Notes: generated by a model from the letters alone, not told the origin. Shown: positions 9,099 to 20,318, numbered from the whole stretch's first letter. The stretch: 63,659 nt of DNA, filler included, from GCA_964501035.1; 3 parts of 3 records of this genome joined end to end with filler, not necessarily neighbours in it, one strand, 5' to 3'. A program made the numbers and translations.

Positions 9099-9865
9099 GT
9101 CGAATTCCCAAAATATTTAGTAAATCATCTGAAAAACTAATTCCATTTATCACAGCAGGTTACCCAAAACTTCATTCAACAGTTGATCTAGTGTTATCTG
9201 CAGAGAAAGCTGGTGCTGACATGGTAGAAATAGGAATGCCATTTTCTGATCCATTGGCAGATGGTCCCATAATTCAAGCTTCAAGCTTACAAGCAATAAA
9301 AAATGGCATACATTTGGATATCATATTTGAACAAATTATTGAAATAAGAAAATCTTCAAATATTTCAATAGTTTTAATGGGATACATTAACCCAATCATA
9401 CATTATGGATTACTAGATTTTTTAGATGCATGCAGGAGAGTGAGTGTGGATGGTCTCATTATTCCAGACTTGCCTCCAGAGGAAGCCGAAGAGTGGGTGA
9501 AAGAATGTAAGAAAAGGGGAATATCGCCAATATTGTTGATTGCCCCAAATACTCCAAATGAGCGTATAGTTACCATTTCAAAGTTGGCAGGTGATCTGGT
9601 GTATTGTGTTGCAATTTTAGGAATAACAGGTGCGAGTAAAGCATCTGAGATGGAGTTAAAGAAATACTTATATAGAGTAAAAGAAAACTGCACGGCACCA
9701 TTTATAGTAGGGTTTGGAATTTCATCTTCTTATGATGTTAAAAAAATCAACGCTTTATCAGATGGTGCAGTTGTTGGCAGTGCATTAATTGAAAAAATTA
9801 GACATTCACAGGCACCTGAAAAGGATGTGTTTAGTTTAGTGAAGAATTTAAAAGGGAAAGAATGA
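9095..9865 (+). CDS. trpA: Tryptophan synthase alpha chain
   Basis: [40 protein letters not shown]. Confidence 0.97.
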   Translation: MSRIPKIFSKSSEKLIPFITAGYPKLHSTVDLVLSAEKAGADMVEIGMPFSDPLADGPIIQASSLQAIKNGIHLDIIFEQIIEIRKSSNISIVLMGYINPIIHYGLLDFLDACRRVSVDGLIIPDLPPEEAEEWVKECKKRGISPILLIAPNTPNERIVTISKLAGDLVYCVAILGITGASKASEMELKKYLYRVKENCTAPFIVGFGISSSYDVKKINALSDGAVVGSALIEKIRHSQAPEKDVFSLVKNLKGKE

Positions 9866-10428
9866 AAATAATCGGAATAATGGGTGCTAAGGGTAGTTTT
9901 AGTGAAGAAGCTGCCGAGGTGTTTGCTACAAATCATGGTATCAAAGACTATACTATTGAGTATTTAATATCTACAGAATCAGTACTTAATTCTATTACAA
10001 ATGAAACTATTGATTATGGTATTTTTGCAATGGAAAACGCTCAGGGTGGTGTTGTAATAGAGAGTGTCGAGGCATTAGCAACCCATCAATGTCAAATAAT
10101 AGAAATGTTCCACATAATGGTGCATCAAAATCTTTTAGCAAAACGCAATGTATATATTGGTGATATTACAGAAATTCATTCCCATCAACAAGCTTTGCGA
10201 CAGTGTAAAGAATATTTATCAGAACATTTTTGGACCAGACCTTTAATTGAAGCAGAAGATACAGCCGAAGCAGCTCGATTATTATCCGAAGGTGATTTAC
10301 CAAAAACTGCAGGTGTAATTGGGAATAAATACTGTGCTGAATTATATGATTTAAAGATTCTTCAACAAGATATTCATGATTTAAAGAATAATTTAACTCT
10401 GTTTTTAGGTGTGGAGAAATTAAAATGA
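9862..10428 (+). CDS. pheA: Prephenate dehydratase, catalytic domain only (no ACT domain)
   Basis: GAKGSFSEEAA, MENAQGGVV, SHQQALRQC, DTAEAA; ends right after NNLTLF. Confidence 0.88.
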   Translation: MKIIGIMGAKGSFSEEAAEVFATNHGIKDYTIEYLISTESVLNSITNETIDYGIFAMENAQGGVVIESVEALATHQCQIIEMFHIMVHQNLLAKRNVYIGDITEIHSHQQALRQCKEYLSEHFWTRPLIEAEDTAEAARLLSEGDLPKTAGVIGNKYCAELYDLKILQQDIHDLKNNLTLFLGVEKLK

Positions 10429-11162
10429 AGAATCTTTCTTTCAGCATCATAGGCTATGGAAGATTTGGAAAAATATTGCATAAATTGTTGTCGCAGCATT
10501 CCGATAAAATTTTTATTTTTGACTCAAGGGATGATGCTTCAAGTAATGTGCAAAGTCTTGAAAAAGCATTGCAATCAGATATTGTATTTATAGCAGTACC
10601 TATTCGAAAGTTTGAATCAGTAATTGTAGATATATCGCAATATAGATTGCATAATACAACAATAATAGATGTTTGCTCAGTCAAAGTATATCCATCCAAC
10701 ATAATGAAACAATATTTACCTGAGCATGTAGGAATTGTCAGTAGTCATCCTCTATTTGGTCCAGATTCTTTTAGTCAATTTAGAGAACTAAAGATGATGA
10801 TGCATCCATTAAGAGATGTAAACAATCATTATAAGATATTGAAAAATCTATTTGAATCTTCAGCTGTTCGGATAGTTGAAATAACACCAGAAGAACACGA
10901 TAAAATGGCTGCATCTAGTCAAGGAATTACACATTTTATTGGACGTGTATTACACGAATCTGGGATTAAATCAACTCAGATAAATACATTGGGATTTAAT
11001 GACCTATTGGGAGTCATTGAACAAACATGTAATGATTCTTGGGACTTATTTAAGGATCTTCAAAATTATAACCCCTATACAAAAGATATGATAGGTTCAA
11101 TTGAAACAGCTATTGATTTAGTAAAGGATAAAATAAAATTGGATGACGAATGCCAATTATAG
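10425..11162 (+). CDS. tyrA: Prephenate/arogenate dehydrogenase
   Basis: IIGYGRFG, DVCSVK, HPLFGP, EEHDKMAASSQGITH. Confidence 0.9.
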   Translation: MKNLSFSIIGYGRFGKILHKLLSQHSDKIFIFDSRDDASSNVQSLEKALQSDIVFIAVPIRKFESVIVDISQYRLHNTTIIDVCSVKVYPSNIMKQYLPEHVGIVSSHPLFGPDSFSQFRELKMMMHPLRDVNNHYKILKNLFESSAVRIVEITPEEHDKMAASSQGITHFIGRVLHESGIKSTQINTLGFNDLLGVIEQTCNDSWDLFKDLQNYNPYTKDMIGSIETAIDLVKDKIKLDDECQL

Positions 11163-12400
11163 GTGATATTACACTCCCAGGAGATAAATCCATATCACAT
11201 CGTGCTTTAATGTGTGGTGCACTTGCTGAAGGAATCAGTAAAATTGAAAATTTATCCACTGGCCAAGATGTTGAGTCCACCCGGCTTTGCTTATTGGATT
11301 GTGGAATTCAATCAACTAAAACAAATAATTCTGTTATATTAACAGGAAATACATTTATAAATCCTGAAAATCCACTTGACTGTGGTAATTCAGGTACTAC
11401 TGTTCGATTACTTTCTGGGCTTCTTGCAGGTAAAAATATTTCGGCAACATTTATTGGTGATGAGTCATTAAGTTCACGACCCATGGGTAGGGTGCTAGAA
11501 CCCTTACAAAAAATGGGTGTTAACGTTAAATCTACGAAAGAAAAATTACCTCTTACACTTCGTACTTCTCTAAACGACATTATTGGAATCCAATATTGTC
11601 CACCCAAAGCCAGCGCTCAGGTTAAATCATGCGTGTTGTTCGCCGGGCTTGGAGCAAATAGTCCAAGCGTTGTAACAGAAAAAGTACAAACCAGAAATCA
11701 TACTGAAGTAATGCTTGCTGAACTTGGAGCTGAGATTATTTACAATGATAAAATTACTATAAAACCATTACAGAATTCATTATCCCCATTACATATTACG
11801 GTACCTGGAGATCCGTCAACCGCAGCATTTTTCTCAGCTGCAGCAGCTATGATTCCGGGATCAAATTTAATCATAAGAAATGTATTGGCAAATCCGACCC
11901 GTATTGGTTTTTATGATGTATTGTCTAAAATGGGTGGTGATGTTCAATGGTCTAATTTACATTCTGAATGTGGAGAAACTGTTGGAGATGTGCGTGTAAA
12001 ATATTCATTTCTTCATGGAGTATCTTTATCCAAAAAGGACATCCCAAGTCTTATTGATGAATTACCAATTCTTGCGGTTCTTGCAACACAAGCAGACAGC
12101 CCTACAACTGTAACGGGTGCAGAAGAATTGCGTGTGAAAGAATCAGATAGAATTCATGCAATATGTAGTAATTTGAATGCGATGGGTGCGAAGGTAATTG
12201 AAAAAAAGGATGGGTTTATAATTGATACTCCAAATATATTGCATAATACAAGTATATGTACTTACCACGACCATCGAATTGCTATGTCTTTTACAATTGC
12301 AGGTTTAAATGCAGGACGATATAATACCTTAGATAATGAGGGTTGTATTAATATTTCATTTCCTGAGTTTAATTCTGTTTTAAAGAAATTGGTAAAATGA
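11150..12400 (+). CDS. aroA: EPSP synthase
   Basis: PGDKSISHRA, GNSGTTVRL, ASAQVKS, ELRVKESDRI, DHRIAM. Confidence 0.97.
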   Translation: MPIIGDITLPGDKSISHRALMCGALAEGISKIENLSTGQDVESTRLCLLDCGIQSTKTNNSVILTGNTFINPENPLDCGNSGTTVRLLSGLLAGKNISATFIGDESLSSRPMGRVLEPLQKMGVNVKSTKEKLPLTLRTSLNDIIGIQYCPPKASAQVKSCVLFAGLGANSPSVVTEKVQTRNHTEVMLAELGAEIIYNDKITIKPLQNSLSPLHITVPGDPSTAAFFSAAAAMIPGSNLIIRNVLANPTRIGFYDVLSKMGGDVQWSNLHSECGETVGDVRVKYSFLHGVSLSKKDIPSLIDELPILAVLATQADSPTTVTGAEELRVKESDRIHAICSNLNAMGAKVIEKKDGFIIDTPNILHNTSICTYHDHRIAMSFTIAGLNAGRYNTLDNEGCINISFPEFNSVLKKLVK

Positions 12401-13212
12401 AGTATTTTGCTGTTATTGGAAACCCAGTTGAACATAGTTTGAGTCCTACCCTACATAATTTCGTATTTGATGCCCTTGGAATTGATGCAAATTATAAAAA
12501 AATAATGGTCGCCAAATCTGACTTAAGTAAAATAACAAATCAACTAAAAAGTGAATCATTGCATGGGATTAATGTATCCATACCATTCAAAAGTTTAGTT
12601 TCAGAACTAGTTGATATTGTAAACCCAAGAGCAGATCAAATCGGAGCTATAAATGTAATTTCAAAATTTGAAAACAAATTGATTGGTAACAATACAGATT
12701 GGTACGGATTTGTAAAATTATTAGAAATGAATCAAATTGAAGTAGCAAACAAGGAAGTTCTTGTTTTGGGAGCTGGTGGTGTCGCAAATGCAATCTGTTT
12801 TGCCTTGGTTCAAGATGGTGTGAAATCGATAAAAGTATTTAATCGATCTGAGCAACGATCCTTGCAATTCAAATCAGATTCTATTAGCCAACTTAAGTTA
12901 GCTGATGTTGAAAAACATGTTAATAGTTCGTCCATAATTATTAATTGTACTTCTGTGGGGATGATTGACAATACATCACTCATACATCGTGACTTGTTGC
13001 ACAAAAATCAGTCTATTATTGACACAATTTACACACCGTTAAAAACAAAGTTACTTTGTGATGCTGAACAGATTGGATCAAAAATTGTAAGTGGGTTAGA
13101 TATGTTTATATTTCAGGGGTTGGCCTCCCTAGACCTTTGGTTTGGAGAATCAATATCTTCTAAAGTAAATTTTAATGAATTAAAACAACATTTAGAAAGC
13201 AAATTATGTTAA
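12397..13212 (+). CDS. aroE: Shikimate dehydrogenase
   Basis: GNPVEHSLSP, NVSIPFK, GNNTDWYG, LGAGG. Confidence 0.94.
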   Translation: MKYFAVIGNPVEHSLSPTLHNFVFDALGIDANYKKIMVAKSDLSKITNQLKSESLHGINVSIPFKSLVSELVDIVNPRADQIGAINVISKFENKLIGNNTDWYGFVKLLEMNQIEVANKEVLVLGAGGVANAICFALVQDGVKSIKVFNRSEQRSLQFKSDSISQLKLADVEKHVNSSSIIINCTSVGMIDNTSLIHRDLLHKNQSIIDTIYTPLKTKLLCDAEQIGSKIVSGLDMFIFQGLASLDLWFGESISSKVNFNELKQHLESKLC

Positions 13213-14366
13213 CAAAACTACGGTATTTAACAGCGGGTGAATCACATGGTAAAGGATTGTTGGGTATAATTGATGGTTTCCCAGCAGGGGTTGAAATTTC
13301 TGAATCCTTTCTTGCTAAGCAGTTAAAGAGAAGACAGCTTGGTCATGGACGTGGTGGTAGGATGAAAATAGAAACTGATATTGCTGAAATTTATTCAGGA
13401 GTTCGACACGGAAAAACACTTGGTTCGCCTATTGGTTTACTTCTAGAAAATAAGGATTGGAAAAACTGGAAACAAAAAATGTCTGTTGAAAGTATTGACG
13501 ACATAGTGACAGAAATTACCATTCCTCGCCCTGGGCATGCCGACTTAGCAGGGGTTCAAAAATTTGGATTTAATGATATACGTAATGTGCTTGAAAGATC
13601 TTCTGCGAGGGAAACTGCAATGCGAGTTGCACTTGCATCAATTTGTAGAAAATTATTAGAAGATATTGGAATTGAAGTAGGAAGTCGTGTTACACAAATC
13701 CACAATATTATCGATGATTCCAAAATTCCTAATGATATGTCTCCTTCCAAGCTAAATACACACGTTGATCAATCACCCGTTCGATGCATCAATAAAAAAG
13801 CTGAAGAAGAGATGATTGAAACCATCAATAAGGCAAAGAAAGATGGTGATTCTGTAGGAGGTGTGTTTGAAGTAATTGCGACCGGGTTGCCTTATGGTTT
13901 AGGATGTTATACGCAATGGGATAGAAAACTACAAGCGCGAATTACTGAATCAATCATGTCAATTAATGCATTCAAAGGGATTGAAATTGGAACTGGATTT
14001 GAACAAGCACATTCTTTGGGTAGTCAGGTACACGATGAAATTGATTATGATGGAAAACAGTTTACACGAATGACTAACAATGCTGGTGGTATTGAAGGGG
14101 GGATGAGTAATGCACAACCGCTTTTTATTCGAGCAGTAATGAAACCTATTCCAACACTTATTAAACCATTAAGATCGAGTGATATTACAACCAAAGAAGC
14201 TAAACTTGCGCATAAAGAGCGAACGGATTCATGTGCTGTACCTGCTGCATCAATCATTGCAGAAAGTATGGTTTGTTTTGTTTTAGCTGATGCAATTCTT
14301 GAAAAATTTGGGGGTGACTCTTTAGAACAACTCCGAGCTCATATGAAATGTAGTGCAAAGTATTAA
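13206..14366 (+). CDS. aroC: Chorismate synthase
   Basis: TAGESHG, PRPGHAD, ERSSARET, NNAGGIEGGMSN. Confidence 0.97.
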   Translation: MLTKLRYLTAGESHGKGLLGIIDGFPAGVEISESFLAKQLKRRQLGHGRGGRMKIETDIAEIYSGVRHGKTLGSPIGLLLENKDWKNWKQKMSVESIDDIVTEITIPRPGHADLAGVQKFGFNDIRNVLERSSARETAMRVALASICRKLLEDIGIEVGSRVTQIHNIIDDSKIPNDMSPSKLNTHVDQSPVRCINKKAEEEMIETINKAKKDGDSVGGVFEVIATGLPYGLGCYTQWDRKLQARITESIMSINAFKGIEIGTGFEQAHSLGSQVHDEIDYDGKQFTRMTNNAGGIEGGMSNAQPLFIRAVMKPIPTLIKPLRSSDITTKEAKLAHKERTDSCAVPAASIIAESMVCFVLADAILEKFGGDSLEQLRAHMKCSAKY

Positions 14367-14894
14367 ATGAGTTATCCCAACATATATTTGATAGGTATGA
14401 TGGCAAGCTGGAAGTCAACCGTTGGAAAAAAAATCGCTGAAAAATTAGACATGGAGTTTGTTGACACAGATGACCATATTGAATCTGAAAAAATTATGTC
14501 TGTGGGAGAGATTTTTAAATATATGGGTGAAGAATCATTTAGAAAATTTGAGAATGCAACATTGAAAAAGATGGTTCATAAAACTAACACTGTGGTTTCA
14601 ACAGGAGGAGGAATTGTCGTAACGGATGAAAATAGAAAAATTTTATCAGATGGATTTACAATACTTCTTCGAGCAAAACCACAGACCTTGGCACTTCGGA
14701 TAAAATCGGTAAAAAAACGTCCATTATTGCACAACTCTGGAAACATTGAAGATGAACTTCGTAAAATATGGGGTGTTCGACAATCGTGGTATGAGTCACC
14801 TTCCGATTATATTTTAGATACAGATGATATGAATCCTACAGAAGTAACAGAATCTCTGTTTCAATATTTAAAAGGGATGTATGCAAACCATTAG
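14367..14894 (+). CDS. aroK: Shikimate kinase
   Basis: LIGMMASWKSTVG (P-loop variant), DTD, GEESFR, STGGG, RPLL. Confidence 0.93.
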   Translation: MSYPNIYLIGMMASWKSTVGKKIAEKLDMEFVDTDDHIESEKIMSVGEIFKYMGEESFRKFENATLKKMVHKTNTVVSTGGGIVVTDENRKILSDGFTILLRAKPQTLALRIKSVKKRPLLHNSGNIEDELRKIWGVRQSWYESPSDYILDTDDMNPTEVTESLFQYLKGMYANH

Positions 14895-15978
14895 CGTAGC
14901 ACTTGGAAAAAGGTCATATCCAATTTGGGTTGACAAGGGGTTGCATACGATGCTACCCGAACTATTTCGTTCACAAAATTTAGGTCAAAAATGGGTTATA
15001 ATTACCCATCCTAGCATTCGATTACTTATTGGACAACAAATTACTGATGATTTAACATTGAATGGATTTGACGTAGAAATTATTGAAATTCTAGAAGGTG
15101 AAGATTCAAAATCGTTACTTGCAACCCAAAATTTATACTCTCAATTGATAAAACGTAAATGCGATAGGAAGTCAACATTAATTGCTTTAGGCGGTGGGGT
15201 TATAGGTGATATTACGGGATTTGTTGCTTCCACTTTTATGCGAGGGATTAATTATATTCAAATCCCAACTACATTGTTAGCAATGGTGGACTCTGCAATT
15301 GGTGGTAAAACGGGTGTGAATTTACCAGAAGGTAAAAATTTAGTGGGTGCAATTTGGCAACCAACTGCAGTGATTTCTGATATACATTGTTTACAGTCTT
15401 TACCTAAGCGAGAAGTTGTTTCAGCTCTAGGGGAAGTTATAAAATATGGACTTATTTTAGATAAAACATTCTTCAATGAATTAAAAGAAAATCTGGACAA
15501 ATTGGAGTCACTGGATTCTGCATTCTTAACCAAAGTCATTGCACATTGCTCAAAGTTAAAAGCAGATATTGTTTCACAAGATGAAGCAGAAGGTGGTCTT
15601 AGACAAATATTAAATTTTGGACACACCATTGGTCATGCTCTTGAAAAACATTTTGGAAATCATATACTTCGTCATGGTGAAGCTGTTTCATTTGGAATGT
15701 TAGTTGCTGGACAACTATCCACACAGTTTGCAAATTTGAATAATGCTGATTTTGCACAGATGAAAAAATTAATTATTTCTCTTGATTTACCAGAACTACC
15801 ACCAATAAACGCAGACAAAATTTGGCAGTTAATGCAATCGGATAAGAAAAATAACAGAGGCAAGATACATTTTGTTCTACTAGACAATATAGGAAAAACA
15901 ACTATTCGAAATGATATCGATAAAGAATCAATAATCAATTCAATCAATCAATTAAATGATTTTAAGGAATGTACATGA
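14881..15978 (+). CDS. aroB: 3-dehydroquinate synthase
   Basis: GGGVIGD, PTTLLAMVDSAIGGKTGVN, LNFGHTIGHALE, HGEAV. Confidence 0.96.
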   Translation: MQTISVALGKRSYPIWVDKGLHTMLPELFRSQNLGQKWVIITHPSIRLLIGQQITDDLTLNGFDVEIIEILEGEDSKSLLATQNLYSQLIKRKCDRKSTLIALGGGVIGDITGFVASTFMRGINYIQIPTTLLAMVDSAIGGKTGVNLPEGKNLVGAIWQPTAVISDIHCLQSLPKREVVSALGEVIKYGLILDKTFFNELKENLDKLESLDSAFLTKVIAHCSKLKADIVSQDEAEGGLRQILNFGHTIGHALEKHFGNHILRHGEAVSFGMLVAGQLSTQFANLNNADFAQMKKLIISLDLPELPPINADKIWQLMQSDKKNNRGKIHFVLLDNIGKTTIRNDIDKESIINSINQLNDFKECT

Positions 15979-16409
15979 ATATATTAGTAATTAATGGACC
16001 AAATCTCAATCTACTTGGAACCAGAGAGCCAGAAGTGTATGGGACAGATACCCTGGAAGAATTAATGATGTGGGTTGAAACGAGTCAAGAGGGAGCTAAC
16101 CACTCATTTAAATTTTTTCAATCAAACCATGAAGGTGAAATCATTGACACCATTCAAGATGAACGTCATTGGGCTGAAGGGATACTTATAAATCCTGCAG
16201 CATTCACACATTATGCCTATGCTATTCGAGATGCAATTTCAGCAGTAAATATTTCAACTGTAGAAATACATTTAAGTGATATTCACACACGAGAAGAATT
16301 TCGCCAAAAATCAGTAATTTCACCTGTGTGCTTAGCACAGGTATCTGGTCTAGGGAAAAACAGCTATCTTGAAGGGCTAAAGTTATTAGTAAAAACTAAA
16401 GTTGGATAG
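15975..16409 (+). CDS. aroQ: Type II 3-dehydroquinate dehydratase
   Basis: NGPNLNLLGTREPEVYG, QSNHEG, INPAAFTH, EIHLSD. Confidence 0.96.
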   Translation: MNILVINGPNLNLLGTREPEVYGTDTLEELMMWVETSQEGANHSFKFFQSNHEGEIIDTIQDERHWAEGILINPAAFTHYAYAIRDAISAVNISTVEIHLSDIHTREEFRQKSVISPVCLAQVSGLGKNSYLEGLKLLVKTKVG

Positions 16410-16479
16410 TCCAAATATGAAAATATTAAGTATGGAAAATCCGAAGTTGAGTAAGTTTTCGAAAATCGTTTGATTTAAG

Positions 16480-17826
16480 CTATACCTTCAACGCAGATTC
16501 GAGTTCTTTGGGATAAATATCTCGTCGCAGAACAGCAAATTCACCCGGATCTGTGTCAAACGGGATAGCATGCACTCCCATTCCGCCATGAGCAACTTCT
16601 AATTTTTTTCCTTTACTTGAAACAATTTCTTCAACCTTTACAGTAGATTCCCCGTCAGGGGTAATGATTTCTACTTCAGTACCAACTTCTAATCTATTTT
16701 TACATTCAAAATACAAAAGTCCTTGAGACGCATCATATTTCACATCCATACCCACGGCTCGTTTTAACAATTCTTTGGAACGAGAATCGGTGTAGTTTTC
16801 GCCAAATTCACGTGGATTTCGTGTATAAAAACCAGTCGTATATGATCGATTTGATAATGCCATTAAATCTTCTAAATGTTGGGGATTAAATGGATTGCCA
16901 TTATTTACATCATCTATAGCCTTGCGGTACGAACGGGTACACATTGCTGCATAGTATTCTGATTTTGTCCGACCTTCAATTTTATAACTTATAACACCGG
17001 CTTTTTGAATATCGTTTAACAATTCAATACTGCATAAATCTTTGGCATTAAACATATATGTGCCATGTTCGTCTTCATCCACTGCATATTTTTCACCGGG
17101 TCGTTTGGGTTCTTCCACATATAAATTATTTGGGATTTCAACAGACCGTTTTGTGGTAAGGGATTCTTGTTGGGTTTCAATTTCGATTAAACTTTCAGGC
17201 ACTTCACCCACTTTATATTCCCACCTGCACGAGTTGGTACATGTACCTTGATTTGCATCTCGGTGATTCATATAATTTGTGATTAAACATCTTCCCGAAT
17301 ATGCAATACAAATTGCACCATGTACAAATGCTTCTAGTTCTATATCTGGAACATTTTCATGAATTTGAGCAATTTCTTTAAGCCGTAACTCACGCGACAA
17401 TATGATCCGTTTTACTCCCAAATCATGCCAAAATTGTACCGCTGACCAATTGGTTGCATTTGCTTGGGTTGATAAATGTATAACCATGTTTGGATGTCGT
17501 TTTCTAGCAATATTTATTAGTCCAGGATCCGCCATAATTAAGGCATCAGGTTCCCAAGAAATAACCTTATCTAATTCACGAATAAACGCATCAACTTTAG
17601 TATTATGAGCATAAATATTCATGGTTAAATAAATCTGCTTGCCCATATTATGAGAGTACGAAATAGCTTCTTTTAATGTGTCTTCACGAAATTCATTTTC
17701 ACGAGTACGTAAAGAAAATTTTGGTATTCCAGCGTAGGTTGCATCTGCACCATATGCTAATGCATACTTTAATTTTGATAAATTCCCCGCAGGTGAAAGT
17801 AATTCCTGTTTTGGTAGTGTTTCCAT
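16480..17826 (-). CDS. trhP: U32-family protein, tRNA U34 hydroxylase TrhP/YegQ-like
   Basis: ELLSPAG, HLSTQAN, LSREL, FVHGAICIAYSGRC, NQGTCTNSCRW, KIEGR. Confidence 0.85.
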   Translation of the reverse strand: METLPKQELLSPAGNLSKLKYALAYGADATYAGIPKFSLRTRENEFREDTLKEAISYSHNMGKQIYLTMNIYAHNTKVDAFIRELDKVISWEPDALIMADPGLINIARKRHPNMVIHLSTQANATNWSAVQFWHDLGVKRIILSRELRLKEIAQIHENVPDIELEAFVHGAICIAYSGRCLITNYMNHRDANQGTCTNSCRWEYKVGEVPESLIEIETQQESLTTKRSVEIPNNLYVEEPKRPGEKYAVDEDEHGTYMFNAKDLCSIELLNDIQKAGVISYKIEGRTKSEYYAAMCTRSYRKAIDDVNNGNPFNPQHLEDLMALSNRSYTTGFYTRNPREFGENYTDSRSKELLKRAVGMDVKYDASQGLLYFECKNRLEVGTEVEIITPDGESTVKVEEIVSSKGKKLEVAHGGMGVHAIPFDTDPGEFAVLRRDIYPKELESALKV

Positions 17827-17876
17827 AGTGATAAATTTACACATAGGGAGTTAAACACTCAATTTACTAAATTACA

Positions 17877-18368
17877 TTGGTGATTAATCTGACTGAAAAA
17901 ATTAAAATCAATGCAGACAACCAAACTGTTTGGGCATTTTTAACCGATTTTTCCAAAAGTTTGAGCTTTAATCGATTTCATAACTCAATTGAAATACCAT
18001 CATCCTTTTCTATGAACAATAAAACCAATTTTGTTATTGAACATAATTTTGGATTTGGTGCATATGAAATGGAAGCAAAAATAACAAAATGTAATCCGCC
18101 AGTACAATTTTCAATATCAGAAGTATCTAAAGATGAACCCAATAAGGGATTTAGTCATTCAATCACTTTTAGTTTATCAGGAAATGATGAAAATACACTT
18201 CTTTTGTATTCCCTTGAAGGAACATACGGCAGACGGGTGCAAGATTTATCATTCAAACCCATCTTAAAAGGTGTTATGAAAAATGAGTTAAGGCAATTAA
18301 AAAATGCAATTGAGTCATCTCAACAAACTGAAGACCATGAAACGAGTAAATCATACAACCCTATTTAA
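17877..18368 (+). CDS. SRPBCC/START-like hypothetical protein
   Basis: KIKINADNQTVWAFLTD N-terminus and a C-terminal helix LRQLKNAIE, typical of the SRPBCC fold. Confidence 0.6.
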   Translation: MVINLTEKIKINADNQTVWAFLTDFSKSLSFNRFHNSIEIPSSFSMNNKTNFVIEHNFGFGAYEMEAKITKCNPPVQFSISEVSKDEPNKGFSHSITFSLSGNDENTLLLYSLEGTYGRRVQDLSFKPILKGVMKNELRQLKNAIESSQQTEDHETSKSYNPI

Positions 18369-18432
18369 CTATTTTTGTGATGAAAAAATAATGTAAATTA
18401 TATGCTTTATAAATATGATAATTTGAGGAAAA

Positions 18433-19713
18433 ATGAAAACAGATTTAAAAGATGTAAATAGTTTTACAAAAGAGCTAGAAGTTCAAGTTGGCTGGGAAAT
18501 GCTCAAAGATGGATTTGAAAAAGAATTGAATCATGCACGAAGCAATTATGAGCTAAAAGGTTTCCGCAAAGGGAAAGTGCCTATGAATATTGTGAAAAAA
18601 AATATGGGTCCTTCTGTTGAAGCGCATTATGCAGAGCACGCACTTAACGATTATTACCGAAAAGCGTTAGGTGAACTCAAAATGAATCCTATCAATCAAG
18701 CTGAAATTTTAAAACTAGATTTTAAAGAAGGTGGAAATTTAGAATTTACTGCCCGATTTGAAGTATATCCAGATATAAAATTACCAAATTATCAAAAGAA
18801 GTTTAAAATTGAAACCACACATTATACAGCTCGTGATGAAGATGTTGATGATTCAATTGCAGAATTACAAGAGCGGTTTTCAACGGTAAACCCCATTAAA
18901 GATGGTGCAAAATCTGGACATCTAATTCAAGGAGACTTTCAAGAATTGGATGATTCTGGAATGCCCGTTATTGGTAAAAAAATGGAAAATCAATATATTA
19001 AATTGGGTACCAGCGTATTTTCCGGCGATGCTGAAAAAGCTTTTATTGGTAAAAATATTGATGAAGTAGTTCGAACTGAAGTTCAACACGATGATGATAA
19101 AAAAGTGATTTATGAGGTGAAGATAAAAAAGATTGAAGAGCAAGTTCTTCCTGAGTTAAATGATGACTTTGTTAAAATGGTAGATGAAGAAGCGGAAACC
19201 ATGGATCAACTTCGTGAAAAAATTAAATTGTCAATTCAAAAAAATCTTGAAGATGAACATAGTAAAGCCAAACAAAATGCAATTATTGCTCACTTTGTGA
19301 AAAAATCCAAATTGGAAGCGCCTGATTCCATGCTTAAACATTATCTAGATCATTTGATCGAAGACATGAAACAAAAAAATCAAGGGCAAGAAATTGGAGA
19401 TGAATCTAAGCTCCGAGAAATGTATAATGATTTGGCTATTGAGCAAGTGAAATGGTTTTTGATTAAAGATGAACTCATTGAAAAAGAAGAACTCAAAGTT
19501 GCTGATGAAGATGTTCAGAAAAAAATTGATGAAATTTCAGAACAGAATCCAACTCAAAAATCTCAAATAACATCATTTTACAAACAAGCTAAAAATCGCG
19601 ACCAATTAGTGGAAGCTCTATTAATTGAGCAGTTGTTTGATAAACTTGAAACATTTACCAATCATAAAATTGTTGAAAAATCTACGAAGGAATTACCAAA
19701 AGGGAGACATTAA
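18433..19713 (+). CDS. tig: Trigger factor
   Basis: GFRKGKVP signature; position before clpP-clpX. Confidence 0.95.
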   Translation: MKTDLKDVNSFTKELEVQVGWEMLKDGFEKELNHARSNYELKGFRKGKVPMNIVKKNMGPSVEAHYAEHALNDYYRKALGELKMNPINQAEILKLDFKEGGNLEFTARFEVYPDIKLPNYQKKFKIETTHYTARDEDVDDSIAELQERFSTVNPIKDGAKSGHLIQGDFQELDDSGMPVIGKKMENQYIKLGTSVFSGDAEKAFIGKNIDEVVRTEVQHDDDKKVIYEVKIKKIEEQVLPELNDDFVKMVDEEAETMDQLREKIKLSIQKNLEDEHSKAKQNAIIAHFVKKSKLEAPDSMLKHYLDHLIEDMKQKNQGQEIGDESKLREMYNDLAIEQVKWFLIKDELIEKEELKVADEDVQKKIDEISEQNPTQKSQITSFYKQAKNRDQLVEALLIEQLFDKLETFTNHKIVEKSTKELPKGRH

Positions 19714-20318
19714 TGACCACACTACCTCATGCATCTTTAGTACCAATGGTTGTAGAGCAAACTGCTCATGGTGAACGCGCTTTTGATATTTATTCACGCC
19801 TGTTAAAAGAGCGAATTATTTTTCTAGGAACACCAATCGACGATTATATTTCGAGTTTGATTATTGCTCAATTATTGTTTTTAGAAGCTGAGGACCCTGA
19901 AAAAGACATTTATATGTATATTAATAGCCCAGGTGGTGTTATTACTTCAGGATTTGGAATATTGGATACAATGAATTACATCAAACCAGATATTGCAACC
20001 ATATGCATGGGGCAAGCTGCAAGCATGGCAGCTGTGTTAATGAGTGCAGGTGCCAAAGGGAAACGGTCTGCTTTAGAAAACTCCCGATTTATGATTCATC
20101 AACCACTTGGAGGGGTGCAAGGTCAAGCAACGGATATTGAAATTCACACAAAAGAAATTTTATACTTACGTGATAAATTGAACAAAATATTAAGTAACAA
20201 TACTGGCAAACCAGTTAAAACAATTGCAAAAGATACAAATAGAGATAATTTTATGTCAGCTGATGTAGCTAAAGATTATGGACTTATTGATCAAATAGTA
20301 TCATCTCGAAATGGTTAA
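19713..20318 (+). CDS. clpP: ATP-dependent Clp protease proteolytic subunit
   Basis: [35 protein letters not shown]. Confidence 0.98.
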   Translation: MTTLPHASLVPMVVEQTAHGERAFDIYSRLLKERIIFLGTPIDDYISSLIIAQLLFLEAEDPEKDIYMYINSPGGVITSGFGILDTMNYIKPDIATICMGQAASMAAVLMSAGAKGKRSALENSRFMIHQPLGGVQGQATDIEIHTKEILYLRDKLNKILSNNTGKPVKTIAKDTNRDNFMSADVAKDYGLIDQIVSSRNG

